A stretch of 27,625 nucleotides of DNA, the filler included, from Dimorphilus gyrociliatus (lineage: Eukaryota; Animalia; Annelida): assembly GCA_904063045.1 (NCBI GenBank). It is 2 parts of 2 records of this genome, joined end to end, with 100 filler letters (N's around TTAATTAATTAA, not from the genome) between each part and the next. Parts side by side here need not be neighbours in the genome. Positions count along the whole stretch, not along the records: positions 1 to 9,710 come from CAJFCJ010000284.1; 1 more part is not named here. One strand, 5' to 3'. The position numbers and the translations under genes are program-made. Of this stretch, positions 1 to 8,814 are shown in pieces. The notes under the pieces are model-generated. The model was not told the DNA's origin, did no database searches, and saw nothing but the letters and a program-made list of their open reading frames with translations. The first letter of the stretch is position 1. Every line of letters starts with the position of its first letter.

Positions 1-742
1 GAATACGACAGACTCAAGGGATGTGTTGCTTCTTCGTTGGATGACGATGATGATGCTACGATGATGACAAAGAGGAAGATCCAAAGAAGGAGTCGTTTTC
101 TACTCTGAAGAAAACTTCAAGGGAAAACGTTGCGTTGTCAAGGACGATGTACCAGATTTGTCCCAAATCGGATGTGATAACACTGCCGAATCGCTATCGT
201 GTTTGGTGGCAAGAGATGGCAACTCTATGATGACGACAAATATGAAGACGAATTGGTCATCTTGAAGCAAGGAAAATACCCAACTTTGAAGAGATACGGT
301 GCTGATGACAAAGTTTCATCTATCAGAGATCTCCCAGAAGACGTTGACAATTGTAAACCAAACCCATGCAAAACAGGAGCAACATGCGCCGATCTCGCCA
401 ATGGTTTCAAATGTACCTGCAAAGATGATGATTTCGAATACGATGAAGCCAAAGGCTGTGTACGAAAGATAGTGAAAGAGCCAAGAGAAGGTATCATTTT
501 GTACGATGAAGAAAACTTCAAGGGAGATTTCATCGTCGTTGAAAAGGATACTCCAGAATTATCTGAATTGAAATTTGGAGATAGAGTCGAATCATTGAAA
601 GTTATTGGCAAGAAAACATGGGAATTGTACGACAAGGGAGGATATGTTGATCCCATTGCCCGTTTCCCACCAGGAGAATACGACGTAATCAAACCAGGAA
701 ACAAGGCCAGTTCTCTCAGAGTTGCACCAAAGACATCTGACT
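1..742 (+). CDS. 5'-partial exon of the large modular protein: tail of an EGF, beta/gamma-crystallin domain, acidic EGF-like domain, second beta/gamma-crystallin domain (three apparent 1-bp deletions in 1..198)
   Basis: ORF 199..750 plus upstream frames give two Greek-key domains (GVVFYSEENFKG...WQLYDDDKY...DDKVSSIR and GIILYDEENFKG...GDRVESLKV...WELYD...GNKASSLR) around the EGF CKPNPCKTGATCADLANGFKCTCKDDDFEYDEAKGC. Frame switches occur near 59, 85 and 192. ORF 199 begins at GTG, so it is not a true start. Confidence 0.8.
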
Positions 743-816
743 GTAAGTAGACCATTAAAGGATTATACAAATAATCCACAATGAACATATCATTATCACT
801 TGCATCTTTGTAACAG
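743..816 (+). other. Spliceosomal intron (74 nt, phase 1) linking the crystallin exon to the EGF array
   Basis: GTAAGT donor at 743 and TAACAG acceptor ending at 816. Removing it skips the TAG at 748-750 and gives ...KTSD-L-PNYCAKNPCKRGARC, the start of an EGF repeat. Confidence 0.75.
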
Positions 817-1333
817 TGCCCAATTATTGTGCCAAGAACCCATGTAAACGTGGAGCTAGATGTTTCGGTTTGAAGAAGGGATTTGAAGAAGGGATACCGT
901 TGCATTTGTCCATCTGGACAAAAATACTATAGAACAAAGGATGTCAAAAACTTTTGACCAGCCCATGTACAGCAACCCATGTAGAAAGCCAGCTAGATGT
1001 TTCCGTCTGGTTTGACTAGATACAGATGTGTATGCAAGAGAAGTCAATATTATAGCGCAAAGGCTGGATGTGTGTCCAGACCTTGTGCCAGAAAACCATG
1101 TGGAAAAGCAAGATGTATCAACATCGGTTCACGTCATAGATGTGTTTGTCCACCAAGAAGCATCTTTGATGCTAAAACAAATCTTGCAAGATCTGCTACA
1201 CAATTGTGCAAGAAGAATTCTTGCAAAGAAAGGCTAGAGTGTATCTCTCGGCAGAAGAATCAGATGTCAATGTGGAAGAGGATTCAGATACAACGCCAAA
1301 AAAGGCTGTGTCAAATTCAACTTCAACCCATGC
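817..1333 (+). CDS. Frameshift-interrupted continuation: about four further cationic EGF-like repeats of the same gene
   Basis: Fragments in shifting frames: NYCAKNPCKRGARC, GYRCICPSGQKYYRT, NPCRKPARC, RYRCVCKRSQYYSAKAGCVSRPCARKPCGKARCINIGSRHRCVCPP, LCKKNSC...GRRIRCQCGRGFRYNAKKGC. Indels lie near 891, 938, 973, 1008, 1228 and 1238. Confidence 0.7.
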
Positions 1334-4300
1334 TTGAAGAAACCATGCAAGGGAGCCAGATGTATGAGAAGAGGTTTCAACGGTTATAGATGTCTTTGTA
1401 AACCAGGCTTCAGATATTATGGCAAAAAGGGATGTGTGAAATACACAAGACCAAACCCATGCTTGAAGAGACCATGTAAGGGAGCTAAATGTCTCAGAAG
1501 AGGTATTGCTGGATATAGATGTGTCTGCAAGAAGGGACTCTTCTACAACAGAACAAAAGGCTGTATCAAATACAACAAGAACCCATGTTCAAAGAGACCA
1601 TGCAAGGGAGCCAGATGTTTGAGAAGAGGTCTTTCTGGTTACAGATGTTTGTGCAAGAGAGGATTTAGATACAATAGCAAAAAGGGATGCGTTAAATACA
1701 CAAGACCAAACCCATGTTTGAAGAAACCATGCAAGGGTGCAAGATGTATGAGAAGAGGACTCTTCGGATACAGATGTGTATGCAAGAAGGGATTCAGATA
1801 CAACAGAAGAAAGGGATGTATCAAGATGACCAAACCAGTCAACTTGTGCAAGAAGAACTCTTGCATAGGAAATGCTAGATGTTTGACTTTGGGTAGAAGA
1901 ATCAGATGCCAATGTAAGAAGGGATTCAGATACAACGCCAAATCTGGCTGCGTTAAATACGGAAAGAACCCATGCTTGAAGAGACCATGCAAAAAATCCA
2001 GATGCATCAGAAGAGGTATCACTGGATACAAATGTTTATGTAGACCAGGATTCATTTATCGCGGAGCTAAAGGCTGTGTGAAATATAATCCATGTGCCAA
2101 GAACCCATGTAAGAAAACTAAATGTGTGAGAAGAGGAAGATTCGGTTACAGATGTCTCTGTAAGACAGGATTCAGATACAACAGCAAAAAGGGATGCGTT
2201 AAATACACAAGACCAAACCCATGTTTGAAGAAACCATGCAAGGGTGCAAGATGCATGAGAAGAGGCATTTTCGGATACAGATGTGTATGCAAGAAGGGAT
2301 TCAGATACAACAGAAGAAAGGGATGTATCAAGATGACCAAACCAGTCAACTTGTGCAAGAAGAACTCTTGCAGAGGAAATGCTAGATGTTTGACTTTGGG
2401 CAGAAGAATCAGATGCCAATGTAAGAAGGGATTCAGATACAACGCCAAATCTGGCTGCGTTAAATACGGAAAGAACCCATGCTTGAAGAAACCATGCAAA
2501 GGAACAAGATGCATGAGAAGAGGACTCTTCGGTTACAGATGCGTCTGTAAGAGAGGATTCAGATACAACTCAAGAAAGGGATGTGTTAAATACAACCCAT
2601 GCTTGAGAAGACCATGCAAGGGAGCTAAATGCTCAACACGTGGAAAATTCGGTTACAAATGTACTTGCAAGAAGGGATTATTCTATAATAGCCGACTTGG
2701 ATGTATCAAGGGCAACCCATGTTTGAGAAGACCATGCAAAGGAAGCAAATGTGTAAGAAAAGGATTGTTTGGATACAGATGTCTTTGTAAAAAGGGATTC
2801 GTCTACAACAGAAGAAGAGGTTGTATCAAATTGAACAGACGCAATCCATGTTTGAAGAGACCATGCAAGGGAGCTAGATGTGTGAGAAGAGGACTCTTCG
2901 GATACAGATGCTTGTGCAAGAGAGGATTCAGATACAACAGCAGAAAGGGATGTGTTAAATACACAAGACCAAACCCATGTGCAAAAAGACCATGTAAGAG
3001 CGCTAGATGTGTGAGACGTGGTCCTTTCGGATTCACCTGTTTGTGTAAGAAGGGATTCTACTATCAACCAAGAAGAGGATGCTTGAAATACGGCAAGGTC
3101 AATCCATGTGCCAAGAAGCCATGTTTGAAATCTAGATGTCAAAGAAGAGGCCGTTCTGGATACAGATGCGTCTGCAAAAAGGGATTCTTCTACAACCGCA
3201 AGAGAGGATGTATGAAATTCAACCCCTGCCGTAGAAGACCATGCGGAAAAGTTGCCAGATGTGTTGCCAGAGGTTTCAGATACAGATGCGTATGCAAGAA
3301 AGGCTTCAGATTCAACAGAAGAAACAACAAATGTGTTAAGATTATCCCAGTCACAACAAATCAACCACCAACAACTCCATCTACTGGTACTCCACCAACA
3401 ACCGAAGTTCCAACAACAGAAGCTCCAACAACTGAAGCTCCAACCACAGAAGCTCCAACCACAGAAGCTCCAACCACAGAAGCTCCAACCACAGAAGCTC
3501 CAACCACAGAAGCTCCAACCACAGAAGCTCCAACCACAGAAGCGCCTACCACACCAGAACAACCAACTACTCCTGAAGAACCAACCACACCAGAACAACC
3601 AACTACTCCTGAAGAACCAACCACACCAGAACAACCAACCACACCAGAACAACCAACAACACCAGAACAACCAACTACTCCTGAAGAACCAACCACACCA
3701 GAACAACCAACAACACCAGAACAACCAACCACACCAGAACAACCAACTACTGAAGCTCCTACCACTCCTCCTACCACTACTCCATCTACTACTCTTGAAA
3801 CAACCACTGATGTCATTTCATTCCCTGATAGACGTCCACCTCAAGGTCAACAAGATGATGATAGCGATAATGAAGATGAAAAATACTTTGTTCCCGATCC
3901 TCCAGCAAAACCCAAGCCTCGTCCTTTGGGTATGCACAGTAAAATCATTGAAGATGGTGATATTGTCGGTAGCACTGAACAACCAGGATTCGAAGCCCAG
4001 AACAGCAGACCAAAATTGTCTGGATGGAAGCCTTCTCCATCTGATGAGAGACCAACACTTACAGTAGACATTGGTGATGTGTTGGGAGTTCACGGTATCG
4101 GAACAAAGGGTGCCAAGGGAGAAGATTGTTATGTTAAGAAGTACACTCTCGAAGTATCTAAGGATGGTAATAGCTTTGAAACATTGAAGGATAAAGACGA
4201 TGCCGAAAAGGTGAAGGTGTGGAAGGGAAACAAAGATGATGATTCGTGGAAACATCATTGTCTCCATAGATACTATGGTAAACCAGTCGAGGCTAAATTT

Positions 4301-4786
4301 GTAAGAATTGTGCCAATTAAATCAAACAACAACTGTGTAGGTCTTAGAGCTGAATTGTACGGCTTCAGAAAGGCTGAAGATGAAAAATTGGTCAATGTCA
4401 TTAAGAAGGATATCTGGACAAAGAGTCCTGGTGGATGTCAATGTTATTTCGACAAGAGTAGAATGGATTGTGCTTGTTGTTATCCAGGAGGTTGTCAATG
4501 CAGCAAATCTAACCATCAACAATGTGTGCAATGCGGATATCCTGATAGATGTGGTGATCCTCGCGAAGAAGAAGTAAGAGATCCATGGACCAAATCTAAG
4601 GGTGGATGTCCTTGCGCTGATGATGCAACAAAGGATTGTGCTTGTTGTCAAAACAATGGATGTCAATGTGGTGGAAAGAACAGAAATAAATGTACACAAT
4701 GCGGTCGTCCAGATCTTTGTGAATCCCAAGATAATAGTCCTGAATTCTGTGTTCCACGCACATGCCCTGCTAAAAAAACACCATAA
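1334..4786 (+). CDS. Main ORF of a large modular extracellular-type protein: 16 K/R-rich EGF-like repeats, Thr/Pro/Glu mucin-like stalk, F5/8 type C (discoidin) domain, two 10-Cys modules
   Basis: Repeats follow NPC-x4-C-x4-C-x9-C-x-C-x11-C. PTTEA and PTTPEQ tandem repeats follow. The FA58C signature is PLGMHSKIIEDGDI...LTVDIG...GIGTKG...YVKKYTLEVSKDG...KGNKD...AKFVRIVP...LRAELYG (about 3918..4368). The annotated start is TTG and the frame is open from about 1238, so this is not the real N-terminus. AATAAA directly follows the stop. Confidence 0.88.
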   Translation: MKKPCKGARCMRRGFNGYRCLCKPGFRYYGKKGCVKYTRPNPCLKRPCKGAKCLRRGIAGYRCVCKKGLFYNRTKGCIKYNKNPCSKRPCKGARCLRRGLSGYRCLCKRGFRYNSKKGCVKYTRPNPCLKKPCKGARCMRRGLFGYRCVCKKGFRYNRRKGCIKMTKPVNLCKKNSCIGNARCLTLGRRIRCQCKKGFRYNAKSGCVKYGKNPCLKRPCKKSRCIRRGITGYKCLCRPGFIYRGAKGCVKYNPCAKNPCKKTKCVRRGRFGYRCLCKTGFRYNSKKGCVKYTRPNPCLKKPCKGARCMRRGIFGYRCVCKKGFRYNRRKGCIKMTKPVNLCKKNSCRGNARCLTLGRRIRCQCKKGFRYNAKSGCVKYGKNPCLKKPCKGTRCMRRGLFGYRCVCKRGFRYNSRKGCVKYNPCLRRPCKGAKCSTRGKFGYKCTCKKGLFYNSRLGCIKGNPCLRRPCKGSKCVRKGLFGYRCLCKKGFVYNRRRGCIKLNRRNPCLKRPCKGARCVRRGLFGYRCLCKRGFRYNSRKGCVKYTRPNPCAKRPCKSARCVRRGPFGFTCLCKKGFYYQPRRGCLKYGKVNPCAKKPCLKSRCQRRGRSGYRCVCKKGFFYNRKRGCMKFNPCRRRPCGKVARCVARGFRYRCVCKKGFRFNRRNNKCVKIIPVTTNQPPTTPSTGTPPTTEVPTTEAPTTEAPTTEAPTTEAPTTEAPTTEAPTTEAPTTEAPTTEAPTTPEQPTTPEEPTTPEQPTTPEEPTTPEQPTTPEQPTTPEQPTTPEEPTTPEQPTTPEQPTTPEQPTTEAPTTPPTTTPSTTLETTTDVISFPDRRPPQGQQDDDSDNEDEKYFVPDPPAKPKPRPLGMHSKIIEDGDIVGSTEQPGFEAQNSRPKLSGWKPSPSDERPTLTVDIGDVLGVHGIGTKGAKGEDCYVKKYTLEVSKDGNSFETLKDKDDAEKVKVWKGNKDDDSWKHHCLHRYYGKPVEAKFVRIVPIKSNNNCVGLRAELYGFRKAEDEKLVNVIKKDIWTKSPGGCQCYFDKSRMDCACCYPGGCQCSKSNHQQCVQCGYPDRCGDPREEEVRDPWTKSKGGCPCADDATKDCACCQNNGCQCGGKNRNKCTQCGRPDLCESQDNSPEFCVPRTCPAKKTP
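1660..2500 (+). repeat. Higher-order duplication within the EGF array (507-bp period = four EGF units)
   Basis: The block from ...tacacaagaccaaacccatgtttgaagaaaccatgcaagggtgcaagatg... through ...ggaaagaacccatgcttgaag recurs nearly identically 507 bp downstream. Shadow ORFs ending at 1912 and 2419, and starting at 1639 and 2146, show the same offset. Confidence 0.85.
3395..3757 (+). repeat. Coding tandem repeats: 10 x 15 bp (PTTEV/PTTEA), 11 x 18 bp (PTTPEQ/PTTPEE), then one more PTTEA
   Basis: Read directly: ccaaccacagaagct units at 3395..3544 and ccaaccacaccagaacaa-type units at 3545..3742. Confidence 0.95.
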
Positions 4787-5996
4787 ATAAATGACTATCT
4801 CTGTCCACTCAAAACTGAAATGATTTTGGCTATATGGGACGATATAATGTGTTTAAAATATTTTTGGTTGTGGATTTACTTGTTAGTTGCATATAAAAAA
4901 GAGAAATAAATTCAAATCTGAAAAGTCTGATTTGTCTGTCAAATGAACTTAAGGTCAAAGTGTTGCTTTTTCTAATATTTAACACTTTTTTTAGGAAATA
5001 AATTAGTTTTTAAGCGTCTGATAGATTGTTTTTCAGATTAGAGATGAGATTTGTAAGTAATTTCGAACGCTAAAGAGATTGATTACAAGACTTTATTTCA
5101 AAGCAAAAAAAATGTGTTAATGATGTTTGCTAAGATATCATTTCAACATAGGCACAGTTGAAAGTATTTAGCATAATGAATTTGCAGAAATTTTTTAAGA
5201 TTGGTCATAGTTTAAGTTTAAACAGTTTTTAGAACTTAAAAAAATACATTACAATGTCTGTTTGAAGGGGTAGACTTCATGATTACAGTTGAAGGTGCTG
5301 AATTAGAGAAAGATCAGCTGCGTGTAGTGTATTAAAGTTGCCGGAAGTGCTTTTTTGAAAAAGAAGGACGTCTTTTTTATAGGAGCTGATAGGAGGTATA
5401 TTTATAATAGAATATGATGTGGAATTTATATATTTCGTTCAAAAGCACATCTCCCTCTTATTTCGTAGGGTTTTTTTTATCTTCTCTGAATTTCTAGTAT
5501 TTTTTCAACGTCTGAAAGTCAAAGAAGTATGATTTAATCGGGAATAGAATCTTTTGAGGATAAAATACAGTGTATTCAGTTGAATAAAACTTATTTTAGA
5601 TGTTCTCTACATGGAAAGATATTTCTCATTGGCTATTCATAAGTATCATTTAGTAAATATTGCTAATAGGTACTTCTATGTTCTTTAGTTTTAGCCTACA
5701 AACGTGCATTAGCGATGCAATTAAAAATGAACTTGCATTGAATATGGTAGTACTGTTAGTGCTAGATGACTAATTTGTTGATAGTTCTGAATTCGTAATT
5801 AAATATCATCATTCAACTAGCATGAAAAATATAAGCCTTGTCAAAAAGAAATTAATAGCAATAGCTGCAAAATATAAGATCTAGAATGATTAATATCAAA
5901 TTTTTATGGAATAATTGCGATTGCCTTGGTATTTTATGGTTTTAAACAGTTTTGCGCCAGAAAAGAAACAATTATTTACTAAGAAGTTAGGGCGTT

Positions 5997-6048
5997 TTTC
6001 AAGAAAAGTCTATGCCTATTCGAATTCGCGACACCTCTTCTATATATA
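5997..6048 (+). promoter_or_regulatory. Candidate heat-shock element (tTTCa aGAAa aGTCt, 5997..6011) and TATA-like box (6041..6048) upstream of the sHSP gene
   Basis: Three alternating nGAAn/nTTCn pentamers with one mismatch, about 30 bp before TATATATA and about 220 bp before the ATG. Short motifs in AT-rich DNA can arise by chance. Confidence 0.35.
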
Positions 6049-6232
6049 CATGCGATCAATACACCTTTATGCTGCGTAGACCACATAAAAGGCTCATTGA
6101 AATTTTCAAGTTAGCACGGGCGGTACTTTAATATTAACAGATAAACAATATGCCAATAATAAACTTTTAGAATAAAACCGACTCTGGACTCTGTCATTTG
6201 CGCAGTTCTAATTGAAAAATGCTATAATAAGC

Positions 6233-6910
6233 ATGCAAAAGAAAGCGTTCTTAAGTGACATTCAACACGAATTAGAGAAGCAGAGAAGAGAATGGGGATC
6301 TGAAATAAAAAGACTGACTCAAGGAATTTCAAATGATGATAAGAAAGTATCAAAATCAACTTCATTAGTTGATCATTCATCTGGTAAACCGATCTTTAAG
6401 GCATACTTCAACGTCCGAGAATTTTCGAAAGATGAGGTGACTGTACAAGCAGACAGTCTTACAAATAAAATTGTTGTTAAAGCGACTAATAAGAAAGGAA
6501 TTTTAAGTCGGACCTTAACCCAAAAGGCAAACTTACCTAAATTTGCCGATACAAGGAATATAACGAAGCGAATACGATCTGATGGAATATTGGAAGTTAA
6601 TATTCCCTTGTTGTATCACTTTCCTTCTGAAGAAGAAGCGAAATCTTTCGTTTATCGAGTAGACAAGAAACATGGAAATGGTAAAAAATGCTTGGAAATT
6701 GTCGTAAACCTAACGGATGGAATTGATCCCGACGACGTCGATCTTCAAATTGTTGATGATAACGTTCTATTTGTTAGCGCCGATTCCAGATATGGTGGGA
6801 AAAGCTTAAAGAAAAGATATCATTTACCCAAAGATTTTGACGTGGACAATATCAGTGCCGAGATAACTGACGAGAATAATGTGACTATTTTTGTGCCAGT
6901 CTTATCATAG
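6233..6910 (+). CDS. Small heat-shock protein with two tandem alpha-crystallin (HSP20) domains, p40/Tsp36-like
   Basis: Domain 1 is FKAYFNVREFSKDEVTV...SRTLTQKANLP...SDGILEVNIP and domain 2 is IVVNLTDGIDPDDVDLQIVDDNVLFV...KRYHLPKDFDVDNISAEITDENNVTIFVP. The N-terminal RREWGSEIKRL resembles flatworm p40 by recollection. The track start at 6212 is TTG; the first in-frame ATG is at 6233. Confidence 0.8.
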   Translation: MQKKAFLSDIQHELEKQRREWGSEIKRLTQGISNDDKKVSKSTSLVDHSSGKPIFKAYFNVREFSKDEVTVQADSLTNKIVVKATNKKGILSRTLTQKANLPKFADTRNITKRIRSDGILEVNIPLLYHFPSEEEAKSFVYRVDKKHGNGKKCLEIVVNLTDGIDPDDVDLQIVDDNVLFVSADSRYGGKSLKKRYHLPKDFDVDNISAEITDENNVTIFVPVLS

Positions 6911-7055
6911 TTGTTATCAAATCAGATCCACAAGCTTCATTTATAAAGTATACCTTAGACTTTTATTATAAATAGTTAGTGCTCACTTTTATTTCTTCCT
7001 GAAGATTTAAATACTAAAATGGAGAACTATCGATCTAAATGTCAATAATTTTCTC

Positions 7056-7134
7056 ATATATATATATTTATATATATATATATGTATTGCTGTGGAAAAA
7101 AGAATGAATAAAACTGATCAACCATTCTCGGATA

Positions 7135-7168
<34 letters not shown>
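7056..7168. repeat. (AT)n microsatellites at 7056..7083 and 7137..7168
   Basis: Visible dinucleotide runs. A shorter (AT)n run lies near 7573 and a (GA)n run near 7669. Confidence 0.95.
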
Positions 7169-7171
<3 letters not shown>

Positions 7172-8814
7172 TCTATATATTAATAGATAATATATATAAT
7201 TCAAATTAGATTATAAATATAATGGCATAAACATAAACTTATGAATAAATGACATTTAATATATACTCAATTCAAGTTGAAAAATATACAATATATATCT
7301 TAAATGATAAAAATTGAATCGTATAAATATCCAAAAATTCATCGCACGTACTACGTATAAGTTTGTTTAGATTTGTAGTATTGCTATGTTTGGAAAGTGT
7401 ATTTGTTTGAATTATTTTCTTAAAAATATAATGACTATTGAAGCAAGCCTATTACATTTAGAAGAGATACATATAGATGGTAATGAGTAGCAGGAATGAA
7501 TGACCTCTTTGATGTAGAATCAGTTGTTTTTTAATAAAGTAGATCAAAATATGGATTATATTTTTCCCATGATATATATATATATATATCTTTGTGTTCT
7601 AAATAAATATTAACTAAATATGTTTAATGTTTAAATTAAATATTATATAAATATCAAGAAAATATGTAGAGAGAGAGAGAGAAAGAAGAAGAGAGAACTT
7701 AGGATAAAGAGCGATAAATATAAATATCATATCACAATTTACAAATATAAAGATAGAAATCATTGCTTAATTTCATATTCAATCTTATTATTTTCTTTAT
7801 AAGAACAATCAATCTGCAGTAATTCGTTTATAACTTTTTGTTTTTGTCTAAAGGGAGACGTGATATATCTTTCGTCTAAAGGAGAAACTGAATATTATAT
7901 AATTCAAGTCTGATGAATTCCATTCACTTTCTCTTGTCAATAATAAGAAGTTTGTTTATTCTCTCTTTCTATATTATTTGTTTAAGGTAAAAAATAAGCA
8001 TTAATTATATGACGTCGATAAACGATTACGAAGTTTAATACTAGTTTAATAAGGTATATTAATATTTAAAAAAGTGATTAAAAGTTGGGTTTAGAATGAA
8101 TTTTCAACGTATTATCCCACTTAGAAATAATTGAATATGAAATCTTATTAGATTTATTTCCCAGGCTATTTTATATATGATTGTATTGCAATACTAGAAA
8201 TTAAAGCTCACAGACTATACCGCTGAATGAACATTGATTCATAGAAAAGTCCTTTGTTAGATACAACTTTGTTGTTTTAATCATGTAATGACTATCTCTA
8301 CCAAGAGAATAAGATAGAGATTCTAAAAAATTCGAGTAGATTAGTTACAAGAATAGTATCTGTCTGTATGCTGTCGTCATCAACAAGTTATACTGTCAAA
8401 CAGCCATTACTTAACAGATATATCTTATGTGTATATTAGAATATACACTTAAATTAACCATTAAAGTTTGATGAAGAAACAAGTTAATACACAGATTATT
8501 ATTAACACTTTCTACTATTTAATATACATATCCTACACAATTTTCATAAACTCTATATTCAGTATTAATGTTTTATGTTAACAACTATCTATGTTCAATT
8601 ATGCAATAAGCTTAATTTTTACATGGGTGCTAATGTTTTTTTCCAGATGAATTAATAATGTATCATTTTTCGAAGTAGAATTAATACATTATACATCTTA
8701 GTTGACAACACATATCATGAAAGGTCATTTACTTATTCGAATATAAATATCATTAATAATTTATTAAGCAAAAGCAGTTAACTCAGTACAAAAAATTTCT
8801 TAGTATTTTCTAAT

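Noticed and set aside
1-1240. Programmed frameshifting or RNA editing as the explanation for the broken frames
   Set aside because: The indels are numerous, lack a shared slippery context and cluster at one end, so sequencing error is the simpler explanation.
225-4729. Many overlapping ORFs on the minus strand and in alternative plus frames (for example 225..905, 2678..3742, 3252..4067, 3361..3816)
   Set aside because: They are shadows of the repetitive main ORF, with no domain motifs of their own.
7200-8800. Possible additional exons upstream of the EGF-CUB gene
   Set aside because: I found no phase-consistent exon chain or recognisable motif on reading.
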